Virus record (IMG/VR): IMGVR_UViG_3300046558_000178
Coordinates: 2,552 to 66,551 of that record
DNA from: a virus
DNA: 64,000 nucleotides
Direction: 5' to 3' (one strand)
A model generated the notes under the pieces. The model searched no databases. It worked only from the letters and a program-made list of their open reading frames with translations, and was not told the origin of the DNA. Position 1 is the first letter of the stretch. Each line of letters opens with the position of its first letter. This document shows, one piece after another, positions 56,499 to 64,000 of the stretch. The position numbers and the translations under genes are program-made.

Positions 56499-57085
56499 AC
56501 CAATACGTTGTCGCAGACCTATCCTGGCGCGTGATGGGCTTCATCGAAGCCGACGAGCCGCCGGAGATGGAAGATCGCCTGGTTGCAGAAATGCCGGATA
56601 CGGTACCGCACTGGCCGGAGGCGCCGTATCCCGAGGCTGAGCTGATTTATTCCGGCGGCAACCTGCATTGGCACGACCCCCGCCCGGTGGGTGAGGTCGC
56701 GGCCAGGTGCATCGCCGCGATCGATGCGGACGCCGATGCCGCGCGGCTGCTGGCTATCGGTGACCCTGGTCGCTCGCTTGAGTATCTGCAGGCCGAGGCG
56801 GCAGCGCGGACCTGGTGTGCTGCTGCCTACGCCGGCGCCGCGCCGGAAGATGTCGCCAGCTGGGCGGACGCGAAGGAGTGGACCAACCAGCAAGCGGCCG
56901 ACGACATCATTGCCACGGCCGACCGCTGGCGCGCCGCCCTGAGCGCGATTCGCCGGCTGCGCCTGCTGGCGAAGGAGGGGATTCGTCGAATCGCCGCCGA
57001 TGTGGCTGGCACGAACGCGGAGATCGACACCGTCCTGACCACCTTTCAATCCGACCTTACCGACCTGATGCAAGGAGTTCCATGA
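56495..57085 (+). CDS. Putative tail fibre assembly protein
   Basis: IDADADAAR...EYLQAEAAAR...IRRLRL; follows J. Confidence 0.65.
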   Translation: MNQYVVADLSWRVMGFIEADEPPEMEDRLVAEMPDTVPHWPEAPYPEAELIYSGGNLHWHDPRPVGEVAARCIAAIDADADAARLLAIGDPGRSLEYLQAEAAARTWCAAAYAGAAPEDVASWADAKEWTNQQAADDIIATADRWRAALSAIRRLRLLAKEGIRRIAADVAGTNAEIDTVLTTFQSDLTDLMQGVP

Positions 57086-57540
57086 GCACCATCAAAGTGA
57101 TTTTCACCCACCGCCGCTGGAACCCGATCTCGTGGCTCATTCGCTGGGCCATGCCGCGCAGCCGCTTCGCTTTCGCCTTGTCCTCGCACGCCATCGTGGT
57201 CGGCCCGGACCAGTGCTACGAGGCGACGATGCTGCACGGCGTGCGCGCGGTGGATTACGCCAAGGCCATTGATGGCCAGGTCATTGTCCGGGAGCGCCGG
57301 TACCAGGTTCCGGACGCGGCCGCCGGCCTGGCGTGGGCGGCGGAGCAGGCCAGGCGCAAGGTGCCTTATGACTGGCGCGGCGCGCTGGGCCTGAGTCTCG
57401 CACCTGGCCGAGACTGGGCCGAGGCGGACGCCTTCTTCTGCTATGAATTTGCGGCTGCCGTGCTGCGCGCTGGCGGCCGCGACCTGTTCTCCGACCTGTC
57501 GCACGTCGGCGAGACAGCGCTACTCGCCATCAACCCATGA
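57082..57540 (+). CDS. Permuted papain-like (YiiX/C92-like) protein
   Basis: SHA...EA...HGV, PYDW, FFCYEF. Confidence 0.65.
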   Translation: MSTIKVIFTHRRWNPISWLIRWAMPRSRFAFALSSHAIVVGPDQCYEATMLHGVRAVDYAKAIDGQVIVRERRYQVPDAAAGLAWAAEQARRKVPYDWRGALGLSLAPGRDWAEADAFFCYEFAAAVLRAGGRDLFSDLSHVGETALLAINP

Positions 57541-57572
57541 CCAACCAGCCCCGCTTCGGCGGTTTTTATTCT

Positions 57573-58019
57573 ATGAAAGCTTCCATGCCCGCTATCGAAA
57601 CCACCTCCGCCGGCGCCGGCGCCCTCATCAAGATTTTCGGCGTGCCGGCGCTGGCCGGCGCCGCCGCCACGGCGCTGACGTTCCTGTTCATGTGGCCCAA
57701 GAGCCGCCGCGAGGCGTTCGTGCGGTTCACATCCTCCATCCTGACGTCGGCGATCCTCGGACCGCTGCTGGTGATCGCCATGCACAGCTGGTGGCCGAGC
57801 CTATTTTCATCGGCGCGCGACGTGACCGCGCTGTATGGCGCTGATCCAGCTCTGGGGATGCTGTTCGTGTCCGGGCCCATCATGGTACTGGCCGGCCTGC
57901 CGTCGTGGTGGTTGTTAGGCGGCGTCGTGCTGTGGTTGGAGCGGCGCCGTGGCAAGGATATCGCGGAGATGGCGCACGATGCGGCTGAGGCCGTCAAGGA
58001 TGTGCGAGGTGCACTATGA
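57573..58019 (+). CDS. Putative holin
   Basis: Three hydrophobic segments, immediately before endolysin. Confidence 0.7.
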   Translation: MKASMPAIETTSAGAGALIKIFGVPALAGAAATALTFLFMWPKSRREAFVRFTSSILTSAILGPLLVIAMHSWWPSLFSSARDVTALYGADPALGMLFVSGPIMVLAGLPSWWLLGGVVLWLERRRGKDIAEMAHDAAEAVKDVRGAL

Positions 58020-58531
58020 CACTCGACCAACTGCTGCAAATCATGCCCTTCGCCCGCAAGCGCGCGCCTGGCTTCCTCGATGCTCTGAACGCGACCATGG
58101 CCGAATTCGACATCAACTCGCCGGAGCGCCAGGCCGCCTTTATCTCCCAGATTGGTCACGAGTCTGGCCAGCTGCAGTATGTGAGGGAGTTGGCCAGCGG
58201 CGATGCGTATGAGATGCGCAAGGATCTGGGCAACACATGGCCAGGTGACGGCCGCCGCTACAAGGGGCGCGGCCTGCTGCAGATCACCGGCCGCGCCAAC
58301 TATGCTGCGTGTGGCGCCGCGCTCGGCCTGGACCTGGTCGAGCAGCCTGATCTGCTGGAGCAGTACGGCAACGCATGCCGCTCGGCGGGGTGGTTCTGGA
58401 AGACACATGGCCTGAACGAGTTGGCCGATGCCGGTGACCAGGTGAAGGTGACGCGACGCGTGAACGGCGGCACCAATGGCCTGGATGACCGCATGACGTT
58501 GTTCCGCATCGCGCAGCAGGTGCTGGCATGA
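58016..58531 (+). CDS. GH19-family endolysin
   Basis: FISQIGHESG, YKGRGLLQITGRANY, VNGGTNGLDDR. Confidence 0.93.
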   Translation: MTLDQLLQIMPFARKRAPGFLDALNATMAEFDINSPERQAAFISQIGHESGQLQYVRELASGDAYEMRKDLGNTWPGDGRRYKGRGLLQITGRANYAACGAALGLDLVEQPDLLEQYGNACRSAGWFWKTHGLNELADAGDQVKVTRRVNGGTNGLDDRMTLFRIAQQVLA

Positions 58532-58905
58532 GCGCGCTCGGCAGGAAGCTGTACGACATGGGCGATAGTCAGGTCGCTTTCGATTGCCCTGGCTGTGGCG
58601 AGGTTCATGTGCTGCCCGTGGCGCCGGCCGCCAGCGGCACGCCACGCCCGATATGGGGCTTCAACGGCAACGGCGACGCGCCGACGTTCACACCATCGGT
58701 GCTAGCCACCAACGGCCATTACATGCAGGGATACACCGGCCCGGAATGCTGGTGCAACTTCACCGCGCGGACGGGCCGAGTGTCGCCATTCAAATGCGGC
58801 ATCTGTCACAGCTTCGTCACCGATGGCCAGATCCAGTTTCTCAGCGACTGCACGCATGCGCTCGCCGGGCAGACAGTGTCACTTCCAGACTGGAGCAAAT
58901 CGTGA
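58528..58905 (+). CDS. Cys/His zinc-binding protein (DUF6527-like)
   Basis: CPGC...H, WGFNG...PTFTPSV, CHSFVTDGQIQFLSDCTH. Confidence 0.7.
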   Translation: MSALGRKLYDMGDSQVAFDCPGCGEVHVLPVAPAASGTPRPIWGFNGNGDAPTFTPSVLATNGHYMQGYTGPECWCNFTARTGRVSPFKCGICHSFVTDGQIQFLSDCTHALAGQTVSLPDWSKS

Positions 58906-59297
58906 GCGCGCTCGACACGCTGGCTGGTGCTGCCGGCGACCAGGTCTGGAAGGTGGCCGCTGCCGCGCTGGCCGGCCTGCTCCTGGTGGTGGGCGTGGCT
59001 GGCGGAACGGCCCTGTGGCTGCAAGACCGCGCACTGACCCAGGCGCAGGCCGACCTGAAGGCGGCGAACATCCGCGCCGATGACTACCAATCCGCGATCC
59101 GCGAACAGAACCGCGCCACCGAGGCGCTGGCCAAGGCCAAGGTCGAGGCTGACGCGCGCGGCGCTGCTGCCCGGGCCCAGGCGGCGGAGCAGGGCAAGCG
59201 GTTCGACGGCGCACTTCAGCAGATGGCCGGTGTGCACGCCACGAGCTGCGCGGGCGCCATGCCCTTTGTGAACAAGCTGTGGGAGGATGTGCGATGA
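58902..59297 (+). CDS. Rz-like i-spanin
   Basis: N-terminal TM then coiled coil; lysis cassette. Confidence 0.75.
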   Translation: MSALDTLAGAAGDQVWKVAAAALAGLLLVVGVAGGTALWLQDRALTQAQADLKAANIRADDYQSAIREQNRATEALAKAKVEADARGAAARAQAAEQGKRFDGALQQMAGVHATSCAGAMPFVNKLWEDVR

Positions 59298-59548
59298 AGG
59301 CGATGCTGATGATGACCGCGCTGTTGACCGGCTGCGCCAGCGCGCCGCCGGCGATGCAAACCGTGGAGGTGCCGGTCTATGTGCCGTGCGTGAAGGATGC
59401 GGACATTCCCGCCACACCTGTTTATGAGTTTGACCGGCTGCAGCCGGGCGCCGCCGACGGCGAAAAGGTCCTGGCGCTGGCGCGGGACTGGCCGCGCGGC
59501 AGGGCATATGAGGCCCTGCTGCGCGTGGCTATTGAGGGGTGTCTGTAG
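59294..59548 (+). CDS. Rz1-like o-spanin lipoprotein
   Basis: Lipobox LLTGC; Pro-rich VEVPVYVPC. Confidence 0.8.
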   Translation: MKAMLMMTALLTGCASAPPAMQTVEVPVYVPCVKDADIPATPVYEFDRLQPGAADGEKVLALARDWPRGRAYEALLRVAIEGCL

Positions 59549-59864
59549 TAGCGGTGCGCCGTGGTCGGGATGGACGCCCTTTCGATTCTTTCGTGTGGCA
59601 CTCCATTCAGGAAATGAGAGGAATGCCCGGGAAGCTGCCGGATGCGGCGGTGTGATGCTGCTCAGCTACATAGACTGGCGAAATTGCAACAAAATTGCGC
59701 ACTGCAATATCTTGTTGCACATGCCTTGCGCAACCATGCAGGATTTGCGATACACTTCGATCATCATCTTGTTGACGGCGTTGTCAACAAGGCAGTAGGT
59801 ATGTTGGCAGCACAAGTGTGCGAACAAAGCAAGACCAGCATAGCTGGCTGTTACGGAGCACAAA

Positions 59865-60074
59865 ATGAAAACGATCGTACGGATTATTACAGATGGCATT
59901 CTTGCCATAGCCGACACATACACGTCGCCACGCGAATACAGTCGACCCGCCCAAGACGGCTTCTTGAAAGATAAGGAAAACCTGCGGAGTGATGTCAGGC
60001 AGGTAGGGGAAGACTTAAGCCAAACAATTACAAAATATGGCCAACAATCAAACCAGCCTTCAAGCTACCGATAA
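59865..60074 (+). CDS. Small moron protein
   Basis: GGAG RBS; D.ENLRSD..QVGEDL motif; lower GC. Confidence 0.6.
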   Translation: MKTIVRIITDGILAIADTYTSPREYSRPAQDGFLKDKENLRSDVRQVGEDLSQTITKYGQQSNQPSSYR

Positions 60075-60498
60075 AGATGGTCAAACCGTGTCGGTGCAAC
60101 ACACCCAGACCGACAGCCCAATCCTTCCAGCTGCAAATCTTAAGGCGCTGGCTGATATTCGCCCCGACCTTATTGATTTTGTACTGGATCAAACAAGAAC
60201 TGAAGCAGATCATCGCCGCAAAAGCCAGGGCCGTGTCGAGGGCTTCGTCTTCGTTGAAAGAATCTCAGGAGTAGTTGCTGGTGCTATTATCGCGCTCTTC
60301 GTTTTTGCGCTAGGTGGGTACCTCGTGCTCCAGGGGCATGATTGGGCTGGAGTGGCCATATGCGGTACAACGTTAGTCGGCATAGTTAGCTTGTTCGTAT
60401 CCCGCCAGTGGTCCGCCCGCGCGCCGACGCAGATCCCGGAAAAACCGACGAAGCGAACCACGTCGAAAAAAGCTTTGCCGAGCAAAATAAGGCACTAA
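60037..60498 (+). CDS. DUF2335-like two-TM membrane protein
   Basis: SPILP...L..I.P...EADHRR followed by two TM helices. Confidence 0.7.
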   Translation: MANNQTSLQATDKDGQTVSVQHTQTDSPILPAANLKALADIRPDLIDFVLDQTRTEADHRRKSQGRVEGFVFVERISGVVAGAIIALFVFALGGYLVLQGHDWAGVAICGTTLVGIVSLFVSRQWSARAPTQIPEKPTKRTTSKKALPSKIRH

Positions 60499-60591
60499 GC
60501 CTGCCCACCGCGGGATTTTTTCCGCCCAACTGGTGGTATTCCCTGCTAAATTGCGGCGGGGCCAGAGCCCGGCGGACCTTGCTACTGGAGA

Positions 60592-61275
60592 TTAGGCGCT
60601 GCCGGGCATCGCAACTTCATCCGCCAAGTACTCACCCTGATTCCGCACGCTCCCCACCGCCTTGTCGACCATGTACCACGCGAAGCTGTCGGGCCCCAAC
60701 GCCATTGACCGCGCCAGCTCGGCGGCCTGCTCGCTGGAGATTGCCGGGTCAAGCCAGGTCGTCGCGTCCGCCGCGGTGAACACCACCGGCCGCCTGTCGT
60801 GGATGTCGACCATGCCGCCCTGGGCGTCGGCCGTGACGATCGTGAAGCCGTGCGATGCCGCGTGCTCGGTCGGCTCGCCGAAGCAGGCGAGGGCGGCCAT
60901 GTACAGCGGTCCGCCGTCCACGTGGTGGATGTGCCAGGGCTGCTTCGCACCTTTCTCGCCAGTCCACTCATACCAGCCGTCCGCCGGCACAATGCAGCGT
61001 CCGCGCGTCAGCAGTTGCCCCCAGTAGTGGTTCGTGACTTTCTCCAGCCGCGCGTTTACCGCGACCGGCACCTTCCCTTGAGCCCACACCGCCTGGTAGC
61101 CCCAGTGCAGGTCGTCTAGCAGCAGCGCGCCGCCCTCAACGCGGAGCACTGGCCGGCGCATCGTCGGCGCCACGTTCCAGCACGGCGCGGCGGTGCTGCG
61201 ATTGACGAATTCATCCACCCAGCCGATATCGGCCAGCGCCTTCTCTACGTCGCTCTGATGGAACCGTCCGCACAT
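60592..61275 (-). CDS. SOS-response-associated peptidase (SRAP/YedK family)
   Basis: MCGRF start, NVAPT, NARLE, RCIVPADGWYEW, IHDRRPV. Confidence 0.93.
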   Translation of the reverse strand: MCGRFHQSDVEKALADIGWVDEFVNRSTAAPCWNVAPTMRRPVLRVEGGALLLDDLHWGYQAVWAQGKVPVAVNARLEKVTNHYWGQLLTRGRCIVPADGWYEWTGEKGAKQPWHIHHVDGGPLYMAALACFGEPTEHAASHGFTIVTADAQGGMVDIHDRRPVVFTAADATTWLDPAISSEQAAELARSMALGPDSFAWYMVDKAVGSVRNQGEYLADEVAMPGSA

Positions 61276-61328
61276 GTGGCCTCCGCGTTGTCGTCTTGGC
61301 ACTTTACAATAAAACGTCAGGCGATATA

Positions 61329-61344
61329 CTGTATGAATGTACAG
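61329..61344. promoter_or_regulatory. LexA (SOS) box
   Basis: CTGT-ATGAATGT-ACAG within ATACTGT...ACAGTAT between divergent genes. Confidence 0.88.
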
Positions 61345-61359
61345 TATCAGTGAGATGTC

Positions 61360-61689
61360 GTGAAAGTTATTGTGACCCCTATGCGGCGGCGCGGAGTTGA
61401 GATCCCGAGGCGGATGCTGAGGGACCGCAGTACGGCCATTTACAAGGGCACGTTGGTCATCATGGATGTGACGGATCAAGGGCTGCGGCGACCGGTCAAG
61501 CTGGCGCGCCTGCACGTCAAGCTACGCGCCGCAGCTATGGAATTGGTCGAGCCGCACATCATCTGGGCAAACGACGGGAAATTCGTGCTGGCTGGATTTG
61601 AGCGCGTGCGGAACGAAGCCGGCGAACTGGTCGACTTCGCTCAGTCCTGGCTTTGCGAGATCGACACGCGACCGGCCGAGGCGGCTTAA
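61360..61689 (+). CDS. Small SOS-regulated hypothetical protein
   Basis: MRRRGV...LAGFER...AQSWLC; divergent from SRAP, shares LexA box. Confidence 0.7.
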   Translation: MKVIVTPMRRRGVEIPRRMLRDRSTAIYKGTLVIMDVTDQGLRRPVKLARLHVKLRAAAMELVEPHIIWANDGKFVLAGFERVRNEAGELVDFAQSWLCEIDTRPAEAA

Positions 61690-61691
61690 AA

Positions 61692-63125
61692 TTAAGCCGA
61701 TGCGCGCGGGAAGGCAATAATCTCCGCCCCTGCCGATCCAGCCAGGACCTGCTCGATGCGCCGACCCAGCGCCGCCCACGCCTCGCGCTTCTCCTCGGCA
61801 TAGTCGTGATGGAGGTAATGCCGCCGGACCTTGCTGCCCCCCAGCACGTGATTCTGGCAGCGATCGATGACATCGAGCGAGACCCCGAGTTTTTGCATCA
61901 TCGTCGCGCCGGTGCGCCGCAGGTCGTGCGAGGTCCAGGCGCCGTTCTTGCCGCCGCCCAGCACCATCGTGTTGTCGCTCACCCGATTCTTCAGCGGCGC
62001 GCGCGGTGTGCCATCCCTTTTTTTATTGAACATGCCCTGGCGGTCGCGCAGCTGCTTGGTGATTGCCTTCACGTCGATGTGGGTTTCCTCGCTGTTGGCA
62101 GGGAAGCACCAGTCGGTGTGGCCGGTCAGCTTGTGCAACTGGCGGAATTGCTCCAGCGCGAACGCCGACAGGTAGACCATCAGGTCGCCCACGCTATCCT
62201 TCACGTTGGCCTTGGGGATGAACCACGTGCCGGCCTCGAGGTCGACATGCTCCCATCTGGACATCGAGGTCTCGCCGACGCGGCACAGGGTCGAGAGCAT
62301 GATCCAGACGGCCAGCTGCGTGCTCTGCTTGAGCGGCTGCGGCACGATGCGCTTGTTCGGTGCCGCGTCGTATTCGGCCTGGCGCCGGACGAAGATATCG
62401 CGCAGCTCGATGATCTCGGTATCGGGCAGCACCCGCTCGCTCTGGTAATCCATATCGAAGCCGGGTGCGACGATCTTGTCGATCTCGATCAGATCCATCG
62501 GATCACCCTCCACCAGCAGCTTGCGCCACGGCTGCCGCTTGCGGGCCCAGCGGAACATCTGCGTCAGCTCGTCGCGCAGCATCACGGCCGAGCGGTTCAC
62601 GCCGCGGTCGACCATGGCGCGCAGCACGCCGCGCAGGTCGTGCTCGGTCAGGTCCTTCACTGCGGTGGCGCCGATGGTTGGCAGCACGTCCGCGCCGAAC
62701 GAGCGTTTCAGTTCGGCGTTGCCGTCTTTGCGCCGCACGCCGTCGGCAATCCAGGCGTCGAACAGGTCCTGGACGGTCAGGTTGCTGGCGCGCTGCAGTT
62801 CGATCTCGGCCAGCTTGAGGGCAATCTCCTCCTGGCGCTCGTGGCGCAGCAGCTTCTTCTCGACGGCGGGGTCCATGCCGTCCGCAACTTTCATCCGCGC
62901 ATCGTCGCGCCTGGCGCGTATCGCCGCCAAGCTGTCCGCCGGCCAAGTGCCGCAGGCAACGTCCCTCGACTTGCCGTCGAAACGGTATCGATAGTAGAAT
63001 GATATCGAAACGGCACCATCGGCCTTCGCGCGCACGCGCCCCAAAAGGTTGCCTTCTTCGCGTAGAATGGCGCCTGCCTGGCCCGGTTTGACCGCCTCCA
63101 ATTCCCGCTGTGTGAGCTTCTTCAT
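61692..63125 (-). CDS. int: Prophage integrase (arm-binding domain + tyrosine recombinase)
   Basis: FYYRYRFDGK...GTWPADSLAAIR arm domain; CRVGE, HDLRRT, QNH, HY; next to att. Confidence 0.95.
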   Translation of the reverse strand: MKKLTQRELEAVKPGQAGAILREEGNLLGRVRAKADGAVSISFYYRYRFDGKSRDVACGTWPADSLAAIRARRDDARMKVADGMDPAVEKKLLRHERQEEIALKLAEIELQRASNLTVQDLFDAWIADGVRRKDGNAELKRSFGADVLPTIGATAVKDLTEHDLRGVLRAMVDRGVNRSAVMLRDELTQMFRWARKRQPWRKLLVEGDPMDLIEIDKIVAPGFDMDYQSERVLPDTEIIELRDIFVRRQAEYDAAPNKRIVPQPLKQSTQLAVWIMLSTLCRVGETSMSRWEHVDLEAGTWFIPKANVKDSVGDLMVYLSAFALEQFRQLHKLTGHTDWCFPANSEETHIDVKAITKQLRDRQGMFNKKRDGTPRAPLKNRVSDNTMVLGGGKNGAWTSHDLRRTGATMMQKLGVSLDVIDRCQNHVLGGSKVRRHYLHHDYAEEKREAWAALGRRIEQVLAGSAGAEIIAFPRASA

Positions 63126-63153
63126 TTTTTATAAGGGGTCGGAGGTCGTGATT

Positions 63154-63177
63154 TTTACCCCTACATTTACCCCTACA
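63154..63177. repeat. Tandem 12-bp direct repeat, putative integrase arm sites
   Basis: TTTACCCCTACA x2 between int and att core. Confidence 0.7.
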
Positions 63178-63305
63178 GTTTTTTGAATTTGCAGTGTACC
63201 TCTTGGAATGCTATGGAACAATAAAATTTTTAAGTCTTTGATTCTTATGGTGAAAAATTGGTGCTTGATGCTTTCTGGAATCTCCTGAAATGCTCGCAAT
63301 TTCTG

Positions 63306-63350
63306 ATGGGGTGCAAGGGGTCGGAAGTTCGAATCTTCTCGCCCCGACCA
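63306..63350 (+). other. attR core: 3' half of tRNA-Pro(GGG)
   Basis: ATGGGGTGCAAGGGGTCGGAAGTTCGAATCTTCTCGCCCCGACCA: anticodon loop, T arm, CCA; 5' half absent. Confidence 0.88.
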
Positions 63351-63791
63351 GACAACGATCAATGAAATCAAAGGGTTGAGAAGCGATGCTTTCTTGACCT
63401 TTTTTCATTTCCGGGCCTGTGCGTGATTCATGCGCCAATTCTTTTACGGCTCTGCTATCGTTGCGTCCAGTTGCGCCATCGCATCAAACACTCCCCACCT
63501 TTGCATCGTCCGCCATGGGTGAGCCTCCTGCGGCGAGCCTGAACGAATTGGCTGGGGCAACGCCGTGCATATGTCGGTTTTTAAGTGGGGGGGCGTCGTC
63601 ATTTATTGTGATATTTGGCGAAAATTGCCGAATAAATGCCCACGTATTGTACTGAAATAGTTGCTTTTACGCATATTTTTTGGCTATGCCCGGGCCGCTC
63701 GTTTATAATTTGAACTGAACGTTGGCGCCATTCTGCTGTGCATGAATCGCGGGTTCGGACGATTTTTTCTACAGAGCTCGAGGTTTCTAAT

Positions 63792-64000
63792 ATGTACGGT
63801 CAGGGCGTCAGTTTTTCCATTGCCAGGCATGCGGCCTGGGCGCCTGGCCTGACAACGGCCGAGGAGTGGGCGAACTGGGCAGTGGCGCCGTTTGTCATTC
63901 AGGCCGGCGTCGAAGCCGGCGTCAAGATGATGCCGCCGATGCTGCGCCGGCGAGCGGGCGCCTTGGGTAAGATGGCGCTGGAAGTGGCGTATCAATGCCT
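63792..64000 (+). CDS. Host beta-ketoacyl synthase chain-length factor (aryl-polyene type), 5' part
   Basis: FSIARHAAWAPGL...W..W...MPPMLRRRAGALGKMALEVA. Confidence 0.75.
   Translation, partial: MYGQGVSFSIARHAAWAPGLTTAEEWANWAVAPFVIQAGVEAGVKMMPPMLRRRAGALGKMALEVAYQC

Larger units (their letters stand above)
1..63350. mobile_element. Temperate siphovirus prophage; left end lies outside the window, right end at attR
   Basis: Contiguous immunity, replication, head, tail, lysis and integrase modules ending at a tRNA 3' fragment, followed by a host-type gene. Confidence 0.95.

Noticed and set aside
51309-57085. A VR in the tail fibre genes
   Set aside because: No match to the TR seen by eye in J or neighbours; a formal alignment would be needed to exclude it fully.
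63306-63350. Intact tRNA-Pro gene
   Set aside because: Acceptor 5' strand and D arm are missing; it is an att duplicate.

Overview
Most of a temperate, lambdoid-organised siphovirus prophage in a GC-rich betaproteobacterium (Oxalobacteraceae-like, inferred). It runs from before position 1 to an attR formed by the 3' half of tRNA-Pro(GGG) at 63306-63350, followed by host DNA (start of an aryl-polyene-type chain-length-factor gene). Order: leftward early operon, cI/cro switch with AAACA-N3-TGTTT operators, DNA-modification and replication genes, a second tyrosine recombinase, an arc/mnt/antirepressor module, late regulator, HNH/terminase/portal/ClpP/HK97 capsid, a ~7 kb block of putative carbohydrate-active virion proteins, lambda-like tail, lysis, a LexA-boxed SRAP cassette and integrase. 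The stand-out is a complete diversity-generating retroelement (DGR) inside the early-left operon rather than the tail module. It has an RT, a template repeat (7833-7949), a MutS-domain-I/Avd fusion accessory gene and two paralogous C-type-lectin-fold targets. Their variable repeats differ from the template only at adenines, and each is followed by a conserved 7-nt-periodic tract with a GCA-loop hairpin. All product calls come from motif recognition by eye; no searches were run.
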